From Eledone cirrhosa (taxonomy: Eukaryota), in contig OZ024741.1 in assembly GCA_964016885.1 (NCBI GenBank), positions 32,240,001 through 32,304,000 on the forward strand: DNA of 64,000 bases. Direction: 5' to 3'. A model generated the notes under the pieces. That model saw nothing but the letters and a program-made list of their open reading frames with translations. It searched no databases and was not told the DNA's origin. Both the position numbers and the translations under genes were made by a program. Shown one piece after another: positions 41,560-56,790 of the stretch. How positions within the stretch are numbered: position 1 is the stretch's first letter; every line of letters starts with the position of its first letter.

Positions 41560-41682
41560 TCCACTCTTTGTCCAGTTTCTTCCATAATTCAGTTGTTGTA
41601 GCTGAATTTTCACCATGACGTCCCAAAGGTCCTCAATTGGATTTAAGTCGGAAGTCTGGGCAGGCCATTTCAAAACTTTCAA
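41560..41682 (-). mobile_element. Tc1 transposase C-terminal fragment
   Basis: WPAQTSDLNPIEDLW resembles the Tc1 WPSQSPDLNPIENLW motif. Confidence 0.75.
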
Positions 41683-42389
41683 ATTTTACAGGAAAATTTA
41701 GTTTAATAAGAAAAATAATGAAAAGTTAATTTATCGTTCTCTTATTTTGATTGCTACTGTATATATATCGACAAAACAGAATATGTGTATAAATAGCAAT
41801 ATATATATATGGAAGAGAGATGAAGTTGTTAGTCGTTTAAACATTGAAGATACATCGTGATCATCGTGCTAATGGCGTGAATCGTGCCCGACCATTTCTT
41901 CGAATTGAAATACCAATGATACGTCAGTTGTGTTATGGCACGAATCCTGAATCAATAATCTAAAATTTCGGATAAAACTGAGCTGTCAGAAGCTTAACTC
42001 AACAACAACACAATTCAGTCTTTGAAGAATCTCCGAGGGTGCAATATGCGCCTAAACAAATGTGTACTGTTTTACTTAGACATTTTACCGAAAGTTTTGC
42101 GAGGAATGATAATTTGGAGACAATTTGCTTCGATACATGCATTGACAGCCTGTCATGACATTTTAGATTGGTAGAAGAGTGAGGTGAAACACTGATCACA
42201 ACAGAACCGCAGCACGTAATCAACATTTTCGTAAGTGTATAGACTGATTTACGAGCTTCACGTCTAAATGGCTGACTCGTTCTTACTTAGCAGCCATCTA
42301 ATGAAGCTGGTATTACCATCGGATTCTTCTCAGTCTTATAAGTCGGGATGTAGTGATGCTATTAAGAAATGACACAGAGAGGTTTTGAG

Positions 42390-42940
42390 TAACAGTGGGT
42401 ATCGGGCCCGTAATTCTACTAAACTCAGATTTGAAGATTTTGGAAAACGAAATCTCTAAGTGGCTTATGCTCACCACCATCAATGAATTAAGAGACGCAC
42501 AAGCCCCTACGACCCCTCAGCAATCCATTTATGACAGCCTTCACATCCTGGGATACATTATAGACCGGGTGAAAAATAGATCTGAGGTTCAGTGGGGTGT
42601 TGGTCAATCTAGATAAAACCAAATATTTCGACAGGGTTGGCCATGGATATCGGGAGAAAATCTAGTGCAACCGGTTTCAGTAACCTTTTCAGAAGTTACA
42701 TTATACAGTAGTAATTGTTTGTTAGTCCAAATTAATTGCCATTTATTGACCCGTTTCACATAGACTACTTATTCCATCAAGTGTACCACCTAACATATCT
42801 GTTCTATTTGGTGGCGCTAGAGCCTTTGTTGCAGAAGATGGAAAGACAAATGGCTATACAAAACGAAGTCCCTGTCATTGTGTCAGACCCTTCAGATGTA
42901 AACGTGGGCTGCAACATAGTCGAAGAATGTCACTAAGATA
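42390..42940 (+). mobile_element. Decayed L1/Tx1-like RT remnant
   Basis: PVILLNSDLKIL, SIYDSLHIL, VNLDKTKYFDRVGH, LVALEPLL. Confidence 0.65.
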
Positions 42941-43499
42941 CGGCAGCATGCAACAAACGGTACACCTCAGTGAGCTCCTAATTCGATGTGAGGAGCGTCA
43001 ACTCCATTCAGACTAGCAGACATTTCTGTTACTTAGTTAAAGTGTTCGATTTCTAGTTTGAATCTCGAAAGCGACAAAGAAACTGAGTGAAAGCTGTCCT
43101 TGAAATATCGGGTTGAAGTCTCCAAAGCTAACATCAGCCATGAGTGTTGTATCTTAACATATACATGTCCAAACATGAATGCATTCGCTTTCATTTTTCT
43201 GTGTAATATTTTGTATGTATTTGTATGTATTTTGTATGTGTTTGTATATTTCCGTGTGGTGTGTGATGCAGCAATGTTGTATCGCTGTCGGTATGCGCGT
43301 GGATCAATGAAGGTACTGGAGGCGGTAGGGAAAGACAATTGGAGGAAAAAGGGCGGTGCATATAGGCCATTGGGTAAAAGGTTTTAGACAAAAAGTAAGC
43401 TGCTATTCCCTCTGTTGGCACGGAGATAGCTGCACTGATGACTTTGGTTATCATTGCTGAATTGTTTATTCTTTGTTCTTGTATATAACATATAAACAT

Positions 43500-44240
43500 T
43501 AATTGCTTACTTTTTATAATAGTTGCTTATTTTTGATAAGTGGCGAGAAAATGGCAATTTGAGCCATTTTACGCTACCCGTGGAAAGAAGGACTTAGTGC
43601 AAGGAGAGCGGCAACCGAAATTAATGATGTGGAAGTCCCAGGAAGTATCTACGAACGTGTGCAATGAAATAGGTTCAAGCGTTTCAAGAAAAGTGACACC
43701 AGCTTTGAAGACAAACCAAAGTGAGGGAGATGTTTTGTTGTGGAAGATGTGGCCTTGCATGAACAACAGCCAATTATAAGCACTCGTATATTGTCGGCAA
43801 AAGATGGTCCTTCCCGAAGCACCATCAATTGAAACTTTCATAAACTCGGACTTGTGAACAGATGCTCTTGAGGAGTTCCGCAGGAATTGACCAATGACAA
43901 GGCATGTTATTATCTCAGCAGACACTGTCAATCTGACCAAGTGTTAACCTCATGAACTTGAGGGTTGGAAACGTTGCGTCACCCAACTAACCCTCAAGAT
44001 CTTGCACCATCAAATAACCACATTTTCCGAGAAATGGCTTATTTCCTGTGCTGACGGACGTTCAACAATGTGGATAAGGTGGGAAACGATTGCAGGGAGT
44101 ATTTTGATTCTAAATCAGCCAAATGTTATAAGCGTGGAATTAAGTTTCTGGCACAAGGATGGCAACAGACAATATGATGGGATATATTTTGATGAATAAA
44201 CGCCAAGAGAATGTAATAATTTGTTTGAACTATTATTTAT
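43500..44240 (+). mobile_element. Decayed mariner remnant
   Basis: FKRFKKSDTSFEDKP, HPTNPQDLAPSNNHIF, terminal DGIYFDE*. Confidence 0.7.
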
Positions 44241-44311
44241 AGCTTGTTATACAAAATAACATTTGACTCAATCTGATATATACATTATACAACCATCCAC
44301 TCCTACATGTT

Positions 44312-44381
<70 letters not shown>

Positions 44382-44384
44382 ATC

Positions 44385-44964
44385 TGAGTTTTTCGAATAT
44401 TAATAATAACATTCGATTCGTTTGCAATTATGCAAACAAGCCAAGTCGATAGAATGAACCCTTCATTCTTGCTCTTGTGTTGGCATGTGAACAGAACTGC
44501 AGACGCTAGTGCTTCTGGGTATCACCCATTATCAGTACAGCTCACTGTTCACCTGCCAAACTGTCAGAGCTACTTAAAATATAGGCTATTTTCAAAAATA
44601 CACAGTGATTGATCGGCCTGATTTACTAATTGGCAGACTGGCTCATCAGTCAGATCTGCATATTAATAGATCCACTGATCAGCCAGATTTGCATATCAGC
44701 AGACTGTCCAGTGAGTTTCCTGTATACGAGCGATAAATAACCGACTTTGCCAAATTCAAATTTTAAAAACATTTTCGCTCTACATGGCTGAATACAATAA
44801 ATGTCATCTAAGTTTTTCGAATATTAATAATAACATTTGATTCGTTTACAATTATTCAAACAAGCCTCAATTTTATAGCCATGTCAGTAGAATGAACCCT
44901 TCATTCTTGCTCTTGTGTTGGCATGTGAACAGAACTGCAGACACTCTTGTTTCTGGGTATCACC

Positions 44965-44965
<1 letters not shown>
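44385..44965. repeat. (TA)n-flanked partial tandem: ~140-bp direct repeats around three ~33-bp subrepeats
   Basis: 44385-44526 matches 44809-44965. Confidence 0.8.
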
Positions 44966-45013
<48 letters not shown>

Positions 45014-45230
45014 GTTCAAGAGTAACCAATCTTAAAGAGAGAGATTGAGATAGTAGAGGAGATATGAGAGGAAAGATTGGTGAGTTAGTTAGAAGTTGTA
45101 AACGGGCATTATTATTATTAATATTATTATTATTATTATTCTCTATATTCCTTACATCAAACTAAATATGTTGACAATCTTTTAATAATGTCTTCCTTGT
45201 GAAATTTGTGGTCTTGTTTTGCTTAACTAA

Positions 45231-45301
<71 letters not shown>

Positions 45302-45303
<2 letters not shown>

Positions 45304-45487
45304 CGAAGGAAAAGTAGTAAGGAACCAGGTGGACCATAACGCACCAAAGTACTCAATACTTAGGGTAGTAGAGTGGGTAATAGGAGTAAGTAAGACCCCG
45401 ACGGCTGAGCTCAAGCCGTTTCGACGGCTATTTCTGTGAATTAGCCGTCGAAACGGCTTGAGCTCAGCCGTCGGGGTCTTACTTACT

Positions 45488-45492
<5 letters not shown>
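45302..45492 (-). mobile_element. Family A foldback insert
   Basis: Hairpin ~45379-45492 with ~52-bp arms. Confidence 0.8.
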
Positions 45493-45572
<80 letters not shown>

Positions 45573-46000
45573 GTACAGCCACCGGAAATAACATCTCTGA
45601 AATATACAGCGCCATCTACCTGTTAGCTAGCTACCTCACCGTGAAACAAAGCAACCCTTAGAAGCTACCAGAATAAACGCCTACACAGTGGCTAAACATA
45701 AAACGATTATTTTTGTATAAATAGAGTGGTTCCAAACACTTCGCCAGTCGACATTTGGCAGAGTCAACCCGCGTATCGTTGTTCCTCGCATCTGCCACGC
45801 TTTGTCACTCACACACGCCTTGTACCTTGTATCGTCGCTTCATGTGAAAATAAGTAACTGATCGAAACTACATCTCTCGCCTTGCTTCGACCTTTCAACT
45901 TGTGCTTTCGTCTGTTCATCCTCACCAGTGACAAGTTCTTTTAAGGGCTATCTTCAGATCTGATCAGACCGTATGCGATAACAGTCCTTCTAAGGGCTAT

Positions 46001-46047
<47 letters not shown>

Positions 46048-46053
46048 CACACA

Positions 46054-47585
<1,532 letters not shown>

Positions 47586-47607
47586 TACGAATATATATTT
47601 ATATACA

Positions 47608-47640
<33 letters not shown>

Positions 47641-47675
47641 GAGAGAAAAACCACATACCCTCCATCTCAACTCTA

Positions 47676-47711
47676 CTTTTGAAAAGCAGAAGAACTGCGA
47701 AACCGGTAAAG
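47676..47711 (+). ncRNA. Minimal hammerhead ribozyme with U3-A8 core
   Basis: ctt-TTGAAAA-gcag-aagaa-ctgc-GAAA-CCGG-TA-aag. Confidence 0.7.
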
Positions 47712-48281
47712 GAACCAAATAAATATATATATTTAAAAAAAAAATAAGACTCCAGTTGCATTTTCGATTTCATCTCTTTTTCTTTATACTTTCACTCATG
47801 TAGTCGTGTAGGACACCTCGGTTATTTTTCAATTTGTAAAAAAAACCTCACTTTCTAATATATATATATATATATATATATGGTATGCAGGTGCATATAT
47901 GTTTGGATGTATGTGTTCTTAGTTATTTTTTTTACAAGAGTGTATTTATGTATTTATGCCAAGCTACTGTTCACATACAAACGATAATATATGTATCAAC
48001 AGTAAACTTTACATATAATCATGTATTTAATAAGAGGAGTTTTCATTGCTTCACTGATTCTCATTGATTCTAGGATATGTAAATGAAAAAATGGAAAGCA
48101 AAGATTAAAGACGAGATATATAAGGAGCTGTATGTTGAACTTCAAACCATTATTTGATGTACGGCTGTTTTTATCTGTAGTAAATCGCAAGTTCCAATGT
48201 GAAATATACTAATATATATACAAATGTATATAAATAAATATATGTACACACGCACACACACACACATGCGCGCACACACAC

Positions 48282-48383
<102 letters not shown>

Positions 48384-48422
48384 ATATATGTATATAAATA
48401 AATATATGTACACAGACACACG

Positions 48423-48456
<34 letters not shown>

Positions 48457-48890
48457 AATAAATATATGCATGTATATATATAATCATACGCAACTATAAT
48501 CATTCATATGTAAAAATGGAGATGCATGAAGATAGTTTTTAGGAAAGTCGTTAAACTGAAACTGATTTAATGTACGACATTTCATGTGTTTATTTATGCA
48601 TCTGTTTGCATGAATTTAAACATACATGTACGGTGTGTTTAGAATTGTATGGCTGAATAGGTGATTATATGAGTGCACAGACATACACACACAAACACAC
48701 ATACACACACACATATATATATATATATACATATATGTATACATGTATATATATATATATGTGTATATATATATATGTGAGTATATATATGAGTATATAT
48801 ATATGTGTTTATATATATGTGTTTATATATATGTGTATATATATAGATGTGAGTATATATATGTGTATATTTATATGTGTGTGTATATGT

Positions 48891-49160
48891 GGAGGCACGT
48901 GGCCTAGTGGTAAGAGTGTTGGACTTACGATCATAATGTCGTTCGATTCCTGGGTTGCGTGTTGTGTTCTTGAGCAAAACACTTCATTTTACGTTGCTCC
49001 AGTATACTCAGCTGAAAAAGAGTACCAGCAATAGCTGGAGGGTTAACTTTGCGATGGACTGGCGTCCTGTCTAGGGGAGTCTTGTACTCTCAGTCGCTTA
49101 CGGCATGAAACCGGGATAAGCAGCGGCCAAATGAGGCCTTTGGCTTACGACGGACTTTAG
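48891..49160 (+). mobile_element. SINE family 2
   Basis: A-box TGGCCTAGTGG, B-box GTTCGATTCC, gtgttcttgagcaaaacactt domain. Confidence 0.8.
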
Positions 49161-49616
49161 ATGTGTGTATATGTATGTATTTATATATATGTGTATATAT
49201 ATATGTGATATATATACATATATTGACATCACCAGAGAACGTTAGCCCCCCGGTGTTTGCATAGCTACGGCTTCCAAAAACTGTATTTCTTTGGAGATAC
49301 AAAATATTTATACATATTGTATAAAGCTATGCTTGAAGCGAAATCCTATTTCTTATATATATATGTATATATGTATATATATGTATATATATATGTATAT
49401 ATATATAAGAGATAGAGAGAGAAAGGAGGAGAGAGTAAGTGAGAGAGAGAGAGAGAGAGAGAGTGGTAGGGAGAGATATAGATTGATAGATAGAGAGAAA
49501 GAGAAATAAAAAGAGATGTCTATGTGCATACATGTATGATTTATTGTGTATATTATGTGTATATTATGTGTATACATATATATACCTAACGCCCACCCAC
49601 ATAAACACACGCATAC

Positions 49617-49665
<49 letters not shown>

Positions 49666-50142
49666 TGTGTTTTCGTGTGTGTGTGTGTGCAAATATATAT
49701 ATATAATTATTTTCACCAATTTGCCCATTAACCTGACTGCATGACATGAAATGCGATTTCGAAATATATAAATATGTAATATAATATAATAAAAAAAAAA
49801 CAAACAGAAAAATATAAATATAACAAAGTTTATATTATAGAAATATAGAGAAATTAACAGCACTATCACCATTATGACCAACAACAACAATAACAACCAA
49901 ATAATGATAACAATCATTAGTATTCCTCGCACATCTCTCAAAAATATATATTGATAGTTTGCAATGACAACAGATAATCAGGTAGTATCTTGAAAACTTG
50001 CCACGAAGAAAAGTATTTATGTATATCCTTATTCGATCATCAACAATATATTATGAACGCTATACATGTACATACACACAGTACCCCCCCCCCACACACA
50101 GACACACACTCATACACACACATGCATACACACACACACATG

Positions 50143-50226
<84 letters not shown>

Positions 50227-50323
50227 CATAAATATATATATATATAAAAAGAGCGGAGCAAGCGGTTATCAAACAATTCTCTAAATAAATTAAAAAACTA
50301 TTTAAATAATCACCTGTTCTATT

Positions 50324-50403
50324 GCTGTTACCGACGGTTTCACCATTCACAAAATTGGAAGTCCAGAGAATTTCCAATGGAAAGAAATGGATCTTCAGAC
50401 AGC
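50324..50403 (-). ncRNA. Type I hammerhead ribozyme
   Basis: gctgt-CTGAAGA-t-ccatt..attggaa..ttccaat..aatgg-t-GAAA-ccgtcgg-TA-acagc. Confidence 0.85.
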
Positions 50404-50676
50404 TTACTTCCATACTATAAGCCTTACAGCAAGTAAATATTTCGCTTCCTGCCTAACGCATGCGGTCAAGCCGTTAAAATGACACAGACGCAAAATCAGG
50501 TCCCAGGCAATAGCTGTGTATTATAAACTTGTTGATACTGCCACTAAAATTAGCAGCATTATTCAACGTTTTGTTCTCTACATAAGGAGAAAAATTATAA
50601 AAGTGGATGAATACTTCAACAGGCACTATGTACCTATAGACATATGCAAGGTGTTTATAATAGTTGTGGTTCGATG

Positions 50677-51538
<862 letters not shown>

Positions 51539-51654
51539 ATTAAGTCAAATATGTAAAATTTGGTGGCTTCGTTTATTATATAGATATACTGATTGGCTGT
51601 AACCTCTTCAGGCAGTTCGAATTGGTGTGGGAAAGACAGGTACACTTGTCGAAG

Positions 51655-51805
51655 TGTGTTTTACTCCGTCAATACATCGATAGGTCCAGCTCCTGGTTGT
51701 GTTGTTAGTCATCTGAGGAACTGGAATCATATGATTCTAGTTGCTCAGATGAATAACAACACAACCAGAAGCTGGACATATCCATGCATTGACGGAGTAA
51801 AACAC
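51655..51805. repeat. Imperfect palindrome with ~75-bp arms
   Basis: Centre aatcatatgatt. Confidence 0.85.
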
Positions 51806-52923
51806 TGCAACACTTGTCTCAGAGAAAAACATCAGCGTAACCAAACTATCAGTTATTTTGAAACAAAGAAATTGGATGGACATGAAAAACGAAAAAAAAA
51901 ACAAAAAAATGCGTTATCTCTCTATCGTTTAAAATCATTGCTTCTAAATGAAAATCTCATAAGGCTTTATTCGAGATGAATACTTTTTTACAAAATATTT
52001 GCTTGTTTTCAAGTAAAAATATTGATTTAAAAGCCTTTTTAATGTAAATGAAGCAAAATGGAAGCTTAATGTTGAAATATAGAACTCATGAAATTTTCAG
52101 CTTAAAATTTTGCTAGCCCGAAAGTTGTTCGTGTTTTTTGTACCTATGCACGCGTCGTTTATACGTAACATAAATAGACAAGCAAATGATGTCATAAAAG
52201 CGAAATAACTCGTCTCTCATCTCTATTTATACAATTGAACTGAAAAATCAATACATTATAAATTCGATTTTTGCACTTGGCGTGGGTCGATTTGAACATT
52301 ATTTGACCGATGTCTACGCCGGACCTTCATCTATAAGTGTAGCAATTTCACCAAAATTTGAACGTATGGTTTAGGAGGAGATATGTGCCGACCATTTTAG
52401 TATACAGACAGACAACCTCAGTTTTATATATATATATATATATATATATTAAAATAACAGATTCAATTCTAAGCAAAGAACCGCTGCTTTCACCCTTAAT
52501 GGGATCTTCTGAAACTAAAAAGGTCAATGTGAGAACGCAGAACTAAATATTTCAAAACACGTTGCAACCGAAGGGAGACAGGAATACGATACTTTGGTAA
52601 ATATTTGGTAAATATTATAAAATTAAATCAAAAATGTGTTAACACTACAAGTAAAGTAATTATTTTCCTTTGTTTCAAATATACCTAACTGTACCAATGA
52701 TCTCACACATTTTCCAATATATATATATATATATACTATAAGAATATAGAAACAAGGATTCAGTGTTGCCTCATAACATATTTAATAACATATTACATGT
52801 TTCACCATCGATCAGCTCGCGGAAAGATCTATTATAGATCGAACCAGACTCTGTAATCGAAAGATCTTTCTGATCAAATCATCGGATTACTGCCTATAAT
52901 ACTACTTATAACGATAACTTATT

Positions 52924-52969
<46 letters not shown>

Positions 52970-52971
52970 CG

Positions 52972-53003
<32 letters not shown>

Positions 53004-53095
53004 ATCCCTAGAACATCTGACAGATAAAATGACAAGTCAGTCAATAATATTGGTGGCCTCCCCACACCGTGTGTGTGTATGTGTGTATGTATGTA

Positions 53096-53175
<80 letters not shown>

Positions 53176-53247
53176 TTATGGTAGCTAAGATGCTTCCATA
53201 GGCGGTATGCCGCTTGAGCACTCTGTGTTCTTACAGAGCAGAGTATG

Positions 53248-53378
53248 ATAGAGTAGAAAACGAAAAATCAGTGATGCATCTAAACTCAATTTATTGTGTG
53301 TTACAATTGTTTCGCCGGCGAAACAATTGTAACACACAATACATTGAGTTCAGTTACATCACTGATTTTTCGTTTTCT

Positions 53379-53385
<7 letters not shown>
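53248..53385. repeat. Spacerless palindrome pivoting on HHR stem II
   Basis: Centre tacaattgtttcgccggcGAAA-CAATTG-TA. Confidence 0.85.
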
Positions 53386-53430
<45 letters not shown>

Positions 53431-53721
53431 TATATATATATATTTATATATATAAATTACACCATCATCAAACCTATCTTCAAATCATTTCATTGCTGAC
53501 AATCGTTTCTTCCAAACTTTCGTTTGGAATCAACGGAGCACTAGCAAAGTTTGGACATATAATTAACTTCCTATTCAACTGAACAATCATATGGATGTTG
53601 AAATCAACAGTTTCATATTTACAGAGTGGAATGGATGTGACACAGATTACAAGATAATTGTATAATAATTAAAGAGGCATTAGGCAGAAAGTTACTCGTA
53701 AAACGAGGACACTAGCAGTAC

Positions 53722-53857
53722 ATATGCAAGCGTATAGAGAGTGCAAATGCGTTAGGCATATACAGGACAGTTATGTAGGCCTAGTACTATTGCTTGTTTC
53801 CTAACTAACTGTCCTGTATATGCCTAACGCATTTGCACTCTCTATACTCTTGCATAT
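53722..53857. repeat. Inverted repeat with ~52-bp arms
   Basis: atatgcaag..caggacagtta / taactgtcctg..cttgcatat. Confidence 0.85.
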
Positions 53858-53859
53858 AT

Positions 53860-55047
53860 ATATCAACTAGAAATTGATTGACACATATATATATCTAAAA
53901 TAAACACATGAAACAATCACAGGGGATAATTTGGAAAGTGTGTAAGCACACACAATTAGGTAGGTAACTAATTATATTTTAACTAGAACTTCAAATATAG
54001 ATACCTTTTAAAATGATTAATCCTCCTTGCATATATCTCATTAAATAAATATTTTTCACCATCAGTTTGTAAATCACAGTAGTCAAATTCCGGATTTTCA
54101 ACAAGGGAGAAGATTTAAATATCTGTGTTTACACAGCAAATGCATATCTACGAATGACCCGTCGCACATGTTGCATCTTTTTTTTTAAATATACACATCG
54201 TACCAGCGTCATCCCAGTGGCGTGAATACGATTATCGACAGCTAGAAATAGCAGCCGAGTCCTTTCAACTGAGTTAGCTCTACAATTAAGGGGCCGTATA
54301 TAAGTTCAAGTTAAACTTTAATTAGTTACCTACCTAACTGTGTGTGCTTACACACAATACATTATACCCTGTGATTGTTTCATGTGTTTATTTTAGATAT
54401 ATATATATATGTCAATCAATTTCTAGTTGATATAAAATGCTCGGATATATTCATTGGAATCTTTGAGCATATTCTACAGTGGATATGGCGCATGTCTCTC
54501 GGACATGACACCCTTAATTTAATTTTGGATATATATACGGCCCCTTAATTGTAAAAAGGACTCGGCTGCTATTTCTAGCTGTCGGTAATCCTATTCACGC
54601 CACTGGGATGACACTGGTATGATGTGTGTAGTTTTAAAAAAAGATGCAACACGTGCGACGGGTCATTCGCAGATTTCCATTTGCTGTGTAAACACAGATA
54701 GTTAAATCTTCTCCCTTGTTGAAAATTCGTTTTTGACTGTTATGATTTACCGATTAATGGTGAAATATATTTCTTTAGTGAGATATATACAAGGAAGATT
54801 AATAATTTTAAAAGGTATCTATATTTAAAGTTCTAGTTAAACTTTAATTAGTTACCTACCTGGCTTTGTGTGCTTACACACTTTACAAATTATCCCCTGT
54901 GATTGTTTCATGTGTTTATTTTACATATATATATATATGTTAATCAATTTCTAGTTGATATAAAATGCTCGGATCTATTCATTGGAATCTTTGAGCAATA
55001 TTCTACAGTGGATATGCCGCATATCTCTCAGACATGACACCCTTAAT
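53860..55047. mobile_element. Inverted plus partial-tandem non-coding element, ~525-bp unit
   Basis: 53860-54302 is the reverse complement of ~54533-54962; ~54309-54517 matches ~54835-55047. Confidence 0.8.
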
Positions 55048-55207
55048 ATGCAATATAGATCTATGTAAAAATATTACAAATTATTAGAGGAAATATACAT
55101 ACCTTCACATATACATTCTGTCTTCAGAAATGATGTAGATTTATATATATATATGTGTGTAGATAAATCTACCAAATATATATACTATAAATATGTAGAT
55201 ACATCTA

Positions 55208-55340
55208 CATCATTTCTGAAGAGAGCATGTATATGTGAATGTATGTATATTTCCTTTGATAATTTGTAATATTTTACATAGATCTATATGATATACATAC
55301 TAACCCACATACACATCCTCGAAACGATCGTGAAATGATG
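55208..55340 (+). ncRNA. Hammerhead ribozyme with very long stem II; cleavage triplet reads GUG
   Basis: catcattt-CTGAAGA-gag..ctc-GAAA-CGATCG-TG-aaatgatg; inverted 5' half at ~55053-55140. Confidence 0.75.
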
Positions 55341-55393
55341 AATTTTTTAATAAAAGGAACTTGTTCTTTGTTTTTATTTCATTGTTTTTATTA

Positions 55394-55476
<83 letters not shown>

Positions 55477-56559
55477 TCATATATATATATAGTATAAACA
55501 GAAAAAAAAGAGAAAGAGAGTCGGGGGAGATAGATAGATAGATAAAGAGAGGGAGAGAGAGAGAGGGGGAGATAGAGAGATGGAAGGATGGATAGAAAGG
55601 GGTTAGTTAGAAATTAAAATATATAGTTGGAGAGTTGTAGATAAATGATAGAAAGACAAATTTAGAGGAGATGTGGTTTTCGATATTTAATTTGTCGTGC
55701 TTCATTGGAAAGTTGGTTGACAATATTACAATGATTAACTTCCGAACGCTTCATTGAGATGTTGCAATGTCATAACACGAGAGGAAGAATCTGAGTGAAT
55801 TAAATTACATTAGTCTTCACATATTGATCCAATATTCTAATTACTTTCTGATTAATGATTTCTATCATCGTACTCGTAAGTTATTGATGGCCAAGGCAAT
55901 GTAACTAGGAGGTCAGCTTTTTCTCATATTTTCACAAGTAATCTCACTGTTTTATGTTTATGATGTTTAGTAAGCACACACTTTGTTAAAAATATTCGAA
56001 CCCGTCGATTTTGACGATAGGTGTTTCAATTATTCTCTCAACAATAGGGTTAACTCTTTAAATTATGTTTTGAGTCACAGAGTACATTTATGTATATATT
56101 TAACATACTCCTTAGGGTAACTGGTAACTCAGACTTTTACAGTGCATAACAATAGTGGTATTTTGAATTACATGTTCTATCCAATTAGTTATTCAAGCAA
56201 CAGCTTAATTGTTTAGTTGCTGTATTAATCGGTATTTGCTCCACAGATACCTGTTCCCCAAGGCAATCCTCAGAGAGATTCAGTGTGAAATAAAATGTAA
56301 CTAGGCTGTCACATTGAAGAACTGGTACCGTTCATCCAATGGGCTTCCAAATAACTTTTGTGAATCTCATTTCATTTTCAAAACTTTGATCTACTCGAAA
56401 AATAAACAAAATAATTCATTTCCAGTTGTATGTTTTTCAATCTTGGTCTAAATTATTTAATGTTCGGCCATATTTACGAACTCAAACTTGAAGAAAATGG
56501 CATATAGACAGACAAAGATGCACATGCATACATGTGTGTGTGTGACAGTTCACACCTAT

Positions 56560-56790
56560 GCAGGTTTAGCTGGCCACCTCCAAAGTATATCTCGTTGGAG
56601 GTGTCTTGGGTGATTTAATGATAGGGACCCCAGTCCTCTCATCTCATTTCTACAGCTGAATAAACTGGAGCAACGTGAAATAAAGTGTCTTGCTCAAGGA
56701 AACAACACATCACGCTGTCCGAGAATTGAACTCAAAATCTTTCGATTGCAAGTCCAATGCTCTAACTACTAAGCCATGCGCCTTCACATA
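56560..56790 (-). mobile_element. SINE family 2
   Basis: gagcaacgtgaaataaagtgtcttgctcaagg..aactactaagccatgcgcc. Confidence 0.8.

Noticed and set aside
44585-44655. Minus-strand CTGATGA
   Set aside because: Part of a ~33-bp subrepeat; no HHR fold
52791-52890. Minus-strand CCGATGA..GAAA-CATG-TA with long stem II
   Set aside because: Core mismatch and weak stem I; possibly a decayed HHR, not counted
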